64,000 nt of DNA from Dudresnaya verticillata (Eukaryota): contig OZ374557.1 of the NCBI GenBank assembly GCA_977862235.1, positions 310,001 to 374,000 on the forward strand, in the 5' to 3' direction. Below, in pieces: positions 1-12,190 of the stretch. The notes beneath the pieces were generated by a model. That model ran no database searches, was not told the DNA's origin, and saw only the letters and a program-made list of their open reading frames with translations. The translations under genes were made by a program, and so were the position numbers. Within the stretch, counting starts at the first letter, position 1; each line of letters begins with the position of its first letter.

Positions 1-972
1 GCCGCCACCTCGCACATGACGCTACCGCAGCTGCGCACTTTCGCTGGCACACGACGCCCGCCAACGCAACCCTTGGCGGCAACCCGCCGCGCCACTCCTC
101 TGCCGCGCGCCGCACGACACCGAGGTCCTCGGAGACGACACGCCACCGCATCAACGAGATGCGATCACGAAGCCCTTGCCCTCACGAAGTTGCGCTCCAC
201 GCCGTCGGGCGGTGTCGACCACCCCCGCCCCAACTCAGCGCCCCTCGTGAAATCCGCAAAGGCGCACCGCGCGCACCCGGTTGCACCGCGGCACTCGCAT
301 TACAGGGGCTGACACCGCGACGGACGGACGGACACGGTGCCCTATCCGCAATTTGTCATACGCGCCTGACGTCATACTTCGAGGCCGATGCCACCCGCAA
401 CGCGCACTTCGACTTCGCAACCCGCGCCTCACTTGCGACACGGAGCTCACCTGTTACGACGCGCCTTCGCAACGACCACGGAGTCCTCATTGTCGCCAAG
501 CGCAATCCTCTCGCATGGCCTCGGCGCCCCATTACGCATACGTTCCGCCCGCACCGATGCGCCCCCGAAGCAGCTCGCCCACGACAGCCCCGGAGCTCAC
601 GCGACTTGCCCTGCGCGATCATCACAACACCCGCACAGCTCTCCGAGGAGCGCGTATACGCAGCCAACCCCCCCAAGCACCTTGGCGCGGACGCCTTCGT
701 CTTGAGGAGGGGGCCGTGCACGTGAAATTCCGAAGTCTCGATGACCCCGCCATTCGAGAACCGAAGCTGTGATTTCGAATCCGTTTTGTCTCCGTGATTC
801 CCGAGTCTTCGCGGACTCCGAAGTCCAAGTCAATCGCGATCCGCAACTCTCGGTTTGTCGCAGTCGGACCATATCGAAATTCTGCGCTTCGTATTGCATC
901 GTTTGCACGCAGGCCACGCCATTTCGTAATTCGTAACCCGCGACCGGGACGATCGCTCTTGAGGGGGGGCCG
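1..972 (+). mobile_element. 3' internal region of an LTR retrotransposon (family H), ending in a polypurine tract
   Basis: GAGGGGGGG at 961-969 lies just before an LTR start TGTGGTATA at 973. Positions ~90-745 recur on the same strand at ~50170-50890. Confidence 0.7.
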
Positions 973-2467
973 TGTGGTATAGACGCTATCCGTGAAACGA
1001 CTCCGGGGCCTACGTGAAAATATTCGAGAAATACGAACTTCGAAATGACTCCGTAAATGCGCACGCCACGATGGCAAACGTATTACAGTGCGCATACTAT
1101 GCGCGCGCCACGATGGCATACGCATTACAGCACGCACGTGATACGAAATCGCTGACACCTCCGGACGAATCCCGAACCGACTTCGTCATCGCGCGCGCCA
1201 CGATGGCATTCGCATTACAGTGCGCACCCGATACGAAATCGCTGACACCTTCGTGACTTTCCCGTTGTTTCCCGCGCGTAGCGGCACCGGGGCCCACGAG
1301 ACACGCGCACCTCCGTATGCATCGCTGGCGCCCTTCGCAACCGCCACCATACGTGAGGCGACCGTTCGTTGGCACCGAGGCCGTTACGAATCATTCGAGT
1401 ACGAACCGTCTCCCGAGTTGACGCGCATTCGTGCTCACGTAGTGTTACTTGGCCAGTCGTCTGGCACAACCTCCGAGGGTTTCCGGCAAGCGACTAGCGC
1501 CCGGACCTCGGAGTCTTCCGTAAACGCTTGTTTCTTCGAGTTCGGTGTCTTCGTCTTCGTGACCGCGGATACAGTCGAGCCTCGCTTTCGATAGCCCCGC
1601 GCACCCGGAGTCATCCCCGGTGATCGATCGCTCGAGTTCTCCCTTCCGCACACGAATACGTTGACACCGTGGTCCTTCGTGTTGGTCCTCCGCTCTACCA
1701 CGCTACCACCCCTTTTCGTTTCTCCGTTAGGCTACGAGGCCATTCGTTAGTGTAGTGAAAACCCACGAACTCCGAGACGGACAGCTGGCCTGACTTTCCT
1801 TAACGGACGAGAGCAACCCTACCTCCACGGGGTGGTAGAGCAGTTCGCACCGAGACGGGAGAACAGAGAGCGGCTGACCGAGACGGATATTGGGAAGCAA
1901 CAGACAAGGGGTGGTACAAGTGCCGGGACGGACTCCGTAACGGTGGTGGTGGTAGACCGCAACGGGCTCGGCGCGGGGAAAACCGTAAAGGATTGGGCTA
2001 AGGTTGCTTACCCGTTTACCGCAGGAGCCGCTGCGGTGCCGCCCTGATATACAAGTCAGGGTGGTACCGAGCGGTCCGGTCCGTGGGGGCCAGACCCTAG
2101 TGGTCTGGTCCTATGGTGGAATCGGCCCTGCTGGTCCCAATCTCCGACACGGACATGCGCAGCATTCTCATTGGCTGGCGCGCTACTCTACACACTGTAC
2201 ACAGACTCACTAAAAATAAAGAATAAATACTACAAATACTCCGCTTCGGTTGGTGCGCTCCACTTCTGCACAGCAATGTACGCCAGCACACAACAATGCA
2301 CCCAAAACCGACACGGGTACACGTGCACACATCCCACAACGGTTCAGGCCACACTATATGCATTTCCATTGTTTCGGATGCCGAATCTCACTTCACCACA
2401 TAGGCTCCGAGGCCATTACTTACAGTGCGAGACTTCCCCGCGTCTCCGTGGACTTCGTTATACCACA
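973..2467 (+). mobile_element. LTR, family H (3' LTR), interrupted by solo LTR S at 1751-2400
   Basis: Inverted ends TGTGGTATA...TATACCACA and an upstream PPT. An inverted homologue lies at 51398-52830. There is an internal ~90-bp duplication at ~1060-1250. Confidence 0.85.
1751..2400 (-). mobile_element. Solo LTR, family S (related to the Gypsy LTR at 15494)
   Basis: The minus strand starts TGTGGTGAAG and most of it is a close inverted match to 52129-52803. The right flank is TAGGC. The left junction fits a 7-bp deletion that removed part of the TSD and the LTR tip. Confidence 0.85.
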
Positions 2468-3096
2468 CGGGGTTTACTGTGACGTCTGAGACGGATCAAC
2501 TAAGTATAGAATTACCTAGCGCGGCGACGCGTGCGTAGGCGCCGCGCGGGGACTCGGGACACGTGTTGTCCCGAGGCGCGTCTGACAGATCTGCCCGTCA
2601 TGCAGCCGCGCTCCTGATAGATCGCGCGTAGCTCCCCCGCTCGAGTCCTTACACCTACACGTGGATTACTTCCTTACAGCCGCATGCGCCTCATGGCGCG
2701 TGCGATCTCGATTCGCGCCAATCCCGATCCAGTCCGGATTCGGGCCAGCCATGCGATGCGGGTACGCCAAGCTTACAGGCGCGGGCCTTACACTTCCTAA
2801 TCCCGATGTCGGATCCCGATGTGGGATCCCGCTTGGATCCGGATTCGGTCCACGCTTACAGCGAACGTTCCTGCCACTGCGCCACACGCGTACGCGTGGC
2901 GCCGTACAGTGCCCCGGGTTCAGGCGTGCGGTCTGCACGCCAAACGAGCCGTTCTGGCCCGAGTGGCCAGCGGTATGCGTCGGTGACGTGTTTGCGCCGC
3001 GGGCGGGTTGAGCGCGCCGTTGGCGGTCGTCCGTCGGTAGACGCTGCATATCAACCCGCTTGAAAGCGAAAATGGGGGACCCCCCCTGGCACTACA
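2468..3096 (-). mobile_element. LTR fragment, family X-like
   Basis: Colinear similarity to 14848-15403 and 26925-27525, including the GATC/CCGG-rich core. The terminus ...GGCACTACA at 3096 abuts the transposase remnant. Confidence 0.7.
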
Positions 3097-3764
3097 ATAC
3101 GTCCGGAAAAACACAACCGTTGGACGTGGTATTGTTTTCGTCATTTAAGAGGGCGATTAGCCAGGTTACTGCGGAGTGTGTATTGGCAAGCCGAGAACTT
3201 GACATTTTTGACATGTGCAGTCTGCTTCGAGAAGCTTACTGCATATCCTTTACTGGCAGTAATATCAAACCCAGCTTTCGTAGGGCGGGTATCTGGCCGT
3301 TGGACGCTTCAAGGCTACTGGGAGTGGAGCGGCCGCAAGATAACAGACACAATGCTCCCATTTTATGCGTGGAGGCTTTGGAGTCGGCATTCATGCGTAG
3401 GCGCGAGGAACTACGAGCCAAGATATTGGGGGAGGATGCTGTTATTACAACAAGCGGGTATGTGGACACGACAAATGGGTGCGTAATGATCGCTCCCCAT
3501 GTTATGAAGCTGGTTCGCGAAAAACAAAACGCGGATCGACGCAAAAGGTCAGCGGAGGAGAGCAGGCGCAATGCGCAAATAATTGCCGCGGAGCGCCGGC
3601 AGGCGGCCCATGTTGAGTTCTGCAGACGCGTAAGGGGGGAACGGATTGCTCGCATGGTTCAACTTTCCGGTAAGTCTGCTCAAGACTTCGCTGCCCAACT
3701 GAGGAGCTTTGCGGAGCGCCGCGCTGCAGCTCGAGGGCGTGCTCAGAAGGTTGGGGACGTTTGA
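3097..3764 (+). pseudogene. C-terminal remnant of a pogo/Tc5 (DDE_1-type) transposase
   Basis: NTSGKTQPLDVVLFSSFKR and NIKPSFRRAGIWPLD match the conserved (T)S..QPLD..F..FK and I...F...GI.P motifs. The N-terminal part is displaced by the LTR ending at 3096. Confidence 0.8.
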
Positions 3765-4416
3765 AATGGTACTCGCCCCGGTTTTGCTGACGTGGTGGCC
3801 AGAAATGTGTGGAATTTTTGATGCGTTTTATGGGCCACGGGGCGCCAATGTTCGATCTTTGTCGCATTGGCGTTGAGAATGCGCCGGGCGATTGTCGTGT
3901 AGTTAAACATCCCCAGAAAAGGCGCTTTATATATTCACGCGCTTATTCTCACGGCGCTGAATAAAGAGACATCTGCGACTCATATGCAAAAGAGACCACC
4001 CTAATTGGGGTTCTAGAACGGGAGATACCGGTCTGGAAACCTCTATTTGTTCCAGAATTACCCGACCCCCCCTTTAGTTCTATTCCTCTCATCAACGTTT
4101 CCACTTACAGTTCAGCGCCCACACTATTACGGCAGGGTGAATTCCGAATGGTTTCTCATCTGCTACAAATAATAAACGAATGTTTACGCTAATGCACCCA
4201 CGGTTGTCGCCCAAGCCCAAGCCCGGATCAGCCCGGGGGCTTGCATAGTAGTATTGGCCCTCGGATCCCATCGTGTAGCTGATACAAGGCGAGGGAGTTT
4301 TTTAAGACCCTTGGGCAAGGGCGACAACCCAGGCGAACTTCGCCCAACTCGAAACTTCTTAATGCTTCTTTCGCGGCCCTAAGGGGCGTTCTGAACAGCA
4401 ATAGTTTTTCAGAGTC

Positions 4417-6541
4417 ATGCTTCGAATTACCGTTTTCCTCCTGCTCCATGCTTCGCTTTCACTTTCGTTTTCGACAAGCTGGCATCATGCCGCTCTAGGT
4501 CGTGTACTGTGGGCGACCATTGCACTGCATTCAACGGATGCGCTGGTGACGACCCAAGCGGGTGTCGTAGCTCGTCTTTCGCTTGTGTCTGGTTCCTTGG
4601 TTTGGCTCTGTCCAATGCAGATGCGGATTCTTCGCGTGGCAAGATCCGCATCTTTCCCGGTACTTACAGTATTGCTTGAGAGTGGCCACGTCCAGGCAAT
4701 ATCGGTGGCAGATGGAAGTGTGTTGTGGACGCGCCGAGGATGTGATATTTCCTCAGATGATTTCCAATTCGTGGTGTGGCCATGCACCCACAATGAGTCT
4801 AACGTCCTTGTGCATGCATGGACGGGGCTAGCTGTAACTTGCAATGACATAAACAGGACTAGGGAGAGTGTAGGGGATTTTCAGGTAGAGTTGGAAGCCG
4901 CCAACGGCGTACTCACCTGGCGGCTTTCCGGGACAGTGTTGAGATCCGCCCCGGACGGTCGCTTGTGGGTAGATGGTGCTGACGGCGATGTTGGGCACGG
5001 GAGGAAGGGCTGGCGCACCTGTTTGACAGTGCGTTTTACGAGGTCTCAGGTGAGTCGCTTTTAGCTGGATTGTCCGCGTTTGGGTCACTGTACGGGTTCA
5101 ACACGCAGAGAGGAGGGGGACTCATGTGGAAGAATCATGTTGGAGAGAGACTCTGCGCTCTCGCCGCTGGCCACCCGGAGCTTGCTGTTGTCGTGTGCCG
5201 GTATGGGGAGACCGGTAGCTTTGTGAAGGCAGTAAGCGTCGCGACAGGCACAGGCATATTTGAGAAGGTCTTGTCAAAATTCCAGGCTGAGCAAGCTACC
5301 ATTGATCACAGGCAGAAGTGCGCGAGTGTTTGTTTTTACGTCGTGTTAGTCGATCGAGAGGGTTTCGAAAGGGGCATCGCGTTGCCGGGATGTGATGCCG
5401 TCCCGGATGCACAGCTCGACAGCGGCTGGCTGTCATACGGGGCTAGCGGCCACAAGGTGCACGGCTTGCTCACATGGAGAGAGACGTGGAGCCTATTATT
5501 ACCAGAACAGCTTGTCGTTTCCACAGTCGCGAGGGATGCACGTCGATAGACAACAGAGAGGCATTTGTATGATACTCCGGTGCTTGTGACAACGGGACGT
5601 GAACTTTGGCTGAAGTACGATGACGTAGATGTTCGGTTGGTGCTTTCAGAAGACAAAGAGAATATGCTGGTGCACGCAATCCTGTTGGATGTCCGAACAG
5701 GCTCAGTGCTGGACATTGCTACGCACTACAATGCTGTAGGTCCTGTCACTGCTGTGAAGAGCAGTAATTGGTTTGTCTACAGCTTCTGGAGCACTCTTCT
5801 GCTGCACCAGGAAATCATTGTCATCGACCTGTACGAACCCCAGCAGAATAGGCCCGCAATACGCGATATGGTCCTTGGCATGGTTTGTTCAGCCGTCGGG
5901 TCTTTATCTGTGAACACTTTTATATGGGTACAGGCGTTTGTGGTGGGTTGCCTTTGTGCTTGTTGCCGACGTCTCGTTGGAATGGTATCGACTTGAGGAG
6001 GCTTCCAACTGGATCGGAAACTGCAGAAATACCCCGCTGGAGGCGACGCATAATGAAGTCCAGCTCAATTATTGGCACTCGCGTCTATGGTCTGGATGTA
6101 ACCCTGACAAAACGTGGGTTCACACAGCAATCCATCCTCCTACGGTTGGACACTGGGCAGATTACTCTTGTTTCCAAACTGTTTGTAGACGCTGGAAGCC
6201 CCACCCATCGCAATACTGTGGACAAAGTGGAACGGGCATTTTCGTATACGCCACTGCTAGGACTTTCGTCCCCTTCGACAAGATATATGTCCGGAGGCAG
6301 GCGCGTTGCAGATCTGAGACAGGTAGCGGTCGCAGCATTGTACGGCCGTGAAAGTCAGAGTCAAGTTGCGGCTATCGGGATTGATATTGTGTACTATGTG
6401 GAGAACTCTGTTGGCGCCTTAGACATACTACCCTCTGAGTTTGTTTACTCTGCTGTGGTTGGCATGCTCGTTGCGTTAGGAGGCGCTTTCTTTAACGCTC
6501 ACCGAGAGACGGCAAGAGTGAGCTTGTCACGGTCCTGGTAA
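4417..6541 (+). pseudogene. EMC1: ER membrane protein complex subunit 1-like, disrupted
   Basis: Signal peptide, PQQ-type propeller repeats (SGSLVW, DGSVLW, GGLMW), the C-terminal NWFVYSFW / T.RGFT..ILL / ESQ...AIGIDI block, a TM helix and the terminal LSRSW*. Split over four ORFs: frameshifts near 5000 and 5950, and TAG at 5547-5549. Confidence 0.75.
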
Positions 6542-6694
6542 ACGAAAACAAGGCCACCTTTCTTATCATGAGACTAGCGAGCAAGCGCTCTCCGGCAAGC
6601 CGCTTTGAAGTTTTACACTAACGGTTCTGTACAGTACAGTATATGCTGTTTTACAAACTCGAAGAGAGGCACTATAGTGCCTATGTGCCTAGTG

Positions 6695-6784
6695 CAATAC
6701 AGCAGTGAGAGAAGCGGCGACGCGGGGCAAAAGAGCCATTTACAATACAGCAGTGTGAGAAGCGGCGACGCGGGGCAAAAGAGC
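6695..6784. repeat. Two-copy direct repeat, 48-bp period
   Basis: CAATACAGCAGTG(A/T)GAGAAGCGGCGACGCGGGGCAAAAGAGC at 6695-6736 and 6743-6784. Confidence 0.9.
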
Positions 6785-7821
6785 AGAGTTAGTGACGCGT
6801 ACGCTCGCGGTGAAAAGCAAGGGAGGGCGCCTGGAAGGATGAAGAAGTAGATAGGACGAAGCGAGGGGCGGAGCGAAGTCAGCGGGCACAAGTGGCCCCC
6901 CTCTAGGTTTGGCGTAGGTCCGTCTCTCTCTGCCCTCGGACCTAAAGGATGCGCGTCGCGCATGTCCCAACTTTTTGTTTCTGCGCAGCGACCGCACCCG
7001 AGTCAATTCGGGCGCGTGGACGGCGGCGCCCCGATAAACAGCGACGTATGAGACACGAATATCTTACAGTATCATGCATTACAGTAATATGAGAAGACCC
7101 CAAATGTCTGGACCCCTTTTAGCAGCGATTGGTCCAATTGGCCCACTTAGTGCCCGTTTTCCATGTCCTAGTGGGAAGTGATTGGTTAGTGTTGAAGCTC
7201 CGTCTCCTCTGAGCTTCGCGGACTTGCCCGCCAGCCGGCCTGATATTTTAAATTATTTACGAGTCTTGCAACTCGGAACCATGTCCGAACGAGTGAATCG
7301 TCTGCAGCCACACATATCTCCGATGAGCGACACCAGTGAAAACCGCGATCGAACAGATTTAACCGTGCTATTTTGTAAAAGCCTACCGGGATTGAAGGCG
7401 CAACCGAAGTCCCGATGTTCACCAGCCTCCCACGCTTTCGCATTGCTCTCTCAGACGTCCTTGCAAAACCCGCCACTGAACCTCGTGATCGCGCAAGTCC
7501 ACTGGTCATTTTCGTATCGAACTGCAACGATGTACGACACTGCAAGTTCTCGTTGCCGCTGCGCGTGTGTCGGAACAGCTTGTACCACTATTGTCGACAG
7601 CTACGTCCTGCGTTCCGGTTTCGAGCCACTCGTTCTCATTATCTTCGCGTGAATGACTTCTTGTGTGGCGCCAGGCTCGGAAGATCTTTCATTTCGAGAA
7701 CTTCTATTTGTAACGTATTGGGGAGAATACTAAACGGGGGTTGTGTACAGGACCTAACTTTGCCAAATTTGTCTGCCACGCGAATCTTCAGGCTCTGCCT
7801 CGGCCAAATCGTTAGCTCGCC

Positions 7822-10497
7822 ATGGAACCACCGCCCTCCCGCTCCGTATGGGACCCAACGAAGCAACCGGGGCATTCATCACTGAAGAACACACCTGACG
7901 CAACTCCGGATTCTTCGCTTCGTGGAGGCCGTGTGTATATGTCTACTTTGAAACCATCTACACAAGTTCTAGAGCAGAATGGCAAGGGTGTAGCGTGGAC
8001 AGAGTTTTCTACGGCAATAGGCAAGGTTGCAGAGGAACGGCATTCGGTACTTCCAAAGACTCACCTCGCGACAGAGATCGATGACAGGGACAAGAATAGC
8101 CCTGACAATTGGATTCCAAGGCATCCTGACCTGGTGCGGCTTACCGGCATGCATCCTTTTAATTGTGAACCTCCAATCGGTCAGATGCTTGACCAGGGTT
8201 TCATAACGCCTGTTTCATTGCATTACGTTCACAATCGCGGGAAATGCCCTCGCATGGACTGGCACTCACATAGGCTTGCTGTGAAGGGACTGGTTCAGAC
8301 TCGTTTGCGCTGGTAACCGTCGAAAGGAGGAGAACACGGTGAAACAAACGATAGGGTTTTCATGGGGCTGTGCTGCACATGCTTGTAATATGTGGAAAGG
8401 TGTCCGTCTCAACCACTTATTGGACTTTTGCTGCATTGATCGTGAGAAGGCGCGTCACGTCTGCTTTGTTGGCCCGGAGAAAGAAGGGCTCCCGAATGGG
8501 ACTTACGGAACCTCTATTGATATTGCTACGGCTACGGATCCGTTCGGAGATGTTTTGATAGCCTATGAGCAAAATGGTATGAGGCTTGCACCAGACCATG
8601 GGTTCCCTCTCCGGGTCGTCATTCCAGGATGGATTGGTGGGAGAATGGTGAAATGGCTCGAGACAATAGAAGTCACGGACAAGCCTTCAGAAAACTATTA
8701 TCACTTTTTCCACAACAGGATACTGCCCCCGCACGTTGACGAACATCTTGCGAGAGAGGAAGGCTGGTGGTACAAGCCAGAATATCTTTTCAATGAGCTC
8801 AACATCAATTCCGCAATAGTTTATCCGGCAAATGGAGAGACCCTGACATTGACTGGTGCTGGCGTATACACTCTCAAAGGCTATGCATATTCAGGTGGTG
8901 GACGCAAAATCACCCGTGTAGATGTATCATTTGATGGGGGCGTCAGCTGGCTTCTATGCAAGCTTGACTACCCTGAGGAGAGATATTCGCACGCTCCGAA
9001 CTATTGAAAGTACTATTGCTGGACGTTCTGGGAGTATAATATTGACAAGTTCATGTTCCTGAATGCGGCCACTGGTTCTGGTGATGTGAGATGCCGAGCA
9101 TGGGATGAAGCGAACAACACTCAACCCAAAGATATCACGTGGAATCTCATGGGAATGGGCAATAACTGCCACTTCACGGTGAAGGTTCAGCCGCGACAAT
9201 CTGCCGGTGTTTTCGTCCTCGAATTTCTACATCCGACTATACCGGGGCCCGCTTCTGGGGGGTGGATGCAGCCGCCGAAACCTGCAGTTATTCCTTCAAT
9301 AGGATCTGGTCCGAGCAAATCTGAAAGTGCACCGGCTTTATCGTCCATGCTGAAGTTCTACAGTATAGAAGAAGTGCAACGGCACAATTCGGAGGAGTCA
9401 GCTTGGATTGTCGTTGACGGACATGTATATGACGCAATACCGTACTTAGAAGCACATCCTGGTGGTGCTGCGTCTATCGTCATGAACGCAGGCGATGACG
9501 CTACCGAGGAGTTCATGGCAATCCATTCGGATAAGGCAAAGTAGATGCTCGAAGAATATTACATAGGTGAACTCGCAGGTGACGCCGAGAATGGACCACC
9601 GGTCGCACCAGGTAGCTCAATGCACCTTTCTAAGTCGTCCGTCCAACTGATGAAAGATGAGCTACCGAACCAGTTGGTCTCAGTTGTTGAGAAGGCATCC
9701 AAATCTGTCGATTTGGTTGCTCTGAATCCGAAGAAATGGGCTGAATTCGAACTGATCCAAAAGACGGATATATCCCATGACACCCGTTTGTTCAAGTTTA
9801 AACTCCCATCGGAACTTCATCGTCTTGGGCTGCCTGTGGGATACCACATGTTCGCACAGGCCGTCATTGATGGCAAACTAGTGATGCGTGCTTACACACC
9901 GGTTTCATCAGATGAAGATCTCGGAACGTTTACCTTGTGTGTGAAAGTGTACTTCGCAAAAGTACACCCACGGTTTCCGGATGGGGGAAAGATGAGTCAG
10001 CACATGGAAAGAATGCAAATTGGGGATCGTCTAAAAGTGAAAGGCCCGCTTGGGCATTTTGAATACGTAGGCAGAGGTCATTTCCTCTTGAAGGGGAAAT
10101 CGAGACGCATTGACAAGCTCGGATTGATTTGCGGTGGAACTGTCCTCACCCCAGCATACCAAATTATGAAGGCAGTGTACAGGGATCTGGAAGACCAGAC
10201 CGAAGTTTTCCTACTGTATGCTAATCAGACGGAGGACGACATCCTCCTGAGGGATGAACTCGAGAAGATGGCTGCAGAGCGCAGCAATATCCATGTTTGG
10301 TTCACTCTTGATACACCCCCAATAATTGGACCTTCAGCACTGGTTTCGTTGATGAGGAAATGATCAGAGAAAATATTCCAGATGCCAATATATACTCATT
10401 CGTAGGAATGTGCGGTCCGGCACCAATGATCACGCACGCTTGCATTCCGAACCTTAGGAAGTTAGGCTACGTTGAGGAAAATTTCTTCCAGTTCTAG
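7822..10497 (+). pseudogene. NIA: Eukaryotic NAD(P)H nitrate reductase (Moco, dimerisation, cytochrome b5, FAD/NADH domains), intronless and disrupted
   Basis: Motifs RLTGMHPFNCEPP, LVCAGNRRKE, PDHGFPLRVVIPGWIGGRMVKWL, WNLMGMGNN, HPGG, RAYTP, GGKMSQH and CGPAPMI. Lesions: frameshifting deletion at ~8300, TGA at 9005-9007, TAG at 9542-9544, frameshift at ~10320. Native stop TAG at 10495-10497. Confidence 0.95.
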
Positions 10498-10802
10498 GGG
10501 AATGAGTCTTCGCCCGTCCCTTGGTACGCTGTAGGTTGCGATCAATACAGCTCCGGTTCGCAGGTACAGTACTTCTACAGGCAGTGCATTACAGGCAGAA
10601 GACCAGGGAGATTAAGCCATGGTGTGACAGTTAAATGAAGGAGAGCACATAAACGAAGCGCCATAAAATTCTTGCAGTTACAGTATAGGGGAATGAGTCC
10701 GCGCCCGTCCCTTGGTACGCTGTGGGTTGCGATCAATAGCGCACACACAGTGATACGTACACAATGGTGCTCTAATCAAGGAAACCACATAAACGAAGCG
10801 CA
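10498..10802. repeat. Degenerate ~190-bp duplication downstream of nitrate reductase
   Basis: GGGAATGAGTC..CGCCCGTCCCTTGGTACGCTGT.GGTTGCGATCAATA at ~10498 and ~10689. CACATAAACGAAGCGC also occurs twice. Confidence 0.8.
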
Positions 10803-11222
10803 ATAGATCCAAACTCGAACTCCGGGAGAAGATACACGTGCTGTACTGTTTTCAAAGTTAGGCCGGGATCTGGATTTCCGAATCCAGATCTTGTGCGCGT
10901 GCCGCACAGAAGGCTGTGCGGCATCGCTCAAACACTCACCGAGTACAGGTGTGGTGTTTGTTCAGCTGATGGTAACCGGCAGGTGCTGTACCGAGGTGTC
11001 GGCCCCAGTGGGCTATCATACTTCCGACCCTTCGCGACGATTGTGGAACAGCAGCAGCTTTTGTCGAAAGGTTTTGCAGCAGTGCACAGAATGAAGACAG
11101 AATGCTACAACGAGCAGCGAAACCGGCAGTCTTTGAAGGGTCGGAAAATCAAACGTGGAACTGTTATCGGTTATCGACATCCGGTCACGTGGCGCGATGA
11201 AAAATGACGCCATGACGAAGAT

Positions 11223-12085
11223 ATGGTACTGTTCCCCTTGGTTTACTCGGAAAGGGTGCAAGACCGCACCCTTTCGCTTCCTTTTGAATCTTCGATGGAA
11301 ACTCCTAAACACTTCGTCCCTGAGATTCTGTGCAATCGGGAATGTCGGTTTAAAGACCGGCCAAGTACGAAGCTGCAGTCGGCACGCGCATGCATACTCC
11401 AGGCTAAAGCATTTCTCGGTAGATCTACCTGCTATCTTGTCATTGCGCATCTTGCGACGCTCATGTCTTCCCTACAACCTTCCGTTCTACAACCTTCCGT
11501 GGAGCACAATCCCCCAGGACAAGAGAAGAGTATCGGAGCTGCTGCGAGCAGATCTTACTGGGAAGCAGTGCTCCGGCCAAGTTCAGAGTTGCTTACAAAC
11601 ATTGCGTCGCATACGGGTGGAGTTGACGTGCAGGAGCGAAAAGAGTTTAGCTGTGTAGTGTGCAAACGAGCATTTGGACAAGCTTCGAATCTGAATAAAC
11701 ATGTGAGAGTAGTTCACATGAAGCTGAAGCCTCATACCTGTGAAGCTTGTGGAAAGGCTTTCTCTCAGCGCTCGGTTGCAAAGAATCATTTCAAATCAGT
11801 GCATTTGCAACAGAAGCCCTTCCAATGTTTGCAATGTCTGAAATGGTTCTCGGACAAGTCTAACCGAAAGAAGCATATAAATCTAGTGCACAACCACGAG
11901 CGCAAGTACGAATGTCCGTACCGTGAATGCCGCAAGAGATTCGGAGAAAATCGGTCGTTACACGATCATGTGTCAAGCGTCCATCTGAAGGAAAAAACCA
12001 TGTTTGCCCTTATGACGAATGCCAGAAGCGATTTGGACAGAAGTCGCACCTTTCCTCTCACATTAAGAGCCATCATTCAAAGTGA
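11223..12085 (+). pseudogene. C2H2 zinc-finger protein, five fingers, fifth finger frameshifted
   Basis: Four in-frame C-x2/4-C...H-x4-H fingers. The fifth (HVCPYDECQKRFGQKSHLSSHIKSHH*) lies in another frame after the A-run at 11992-11997. The start codon is uncertain. Confidence 0.85.
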
Positions 12086-12144
12086 AGAATCAACTCCAGC
12101 TCTGACTAGTGTATCTATGCTGGGAAGGCTGGGAGGGCAGAAGC

Positions 12145-12190
12145 ACAGAAGCCGGACACAGAAGCCGGACACAGAAGCCGGACACAAGCC
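12145..12190. repeat. 15-bp tandem repeat (CACAGAAGCCGGACA), about 3 copies
   Basis: Read directly from the sequence. Confidence 0.85.

Noticed and set aside
16..2489. Many overlapping short ORFs in LTR and GC-rich regions
   Set aside because: They have no recognisable motifs and are expected in stop-poor GC-rich repeats.
3060..3096. Start of the 234-aa transposase ORF
   Set aside because: These codons are the LTR terminus. The real N-terminus is missing.
7822..10497. Stop-codon readthrough or an alternative genetic code in NIA
   Set aside because: Both TGA and TAG occur, alongside frameshifts, a deletion and damaged conserved residues. Decay explains this better.
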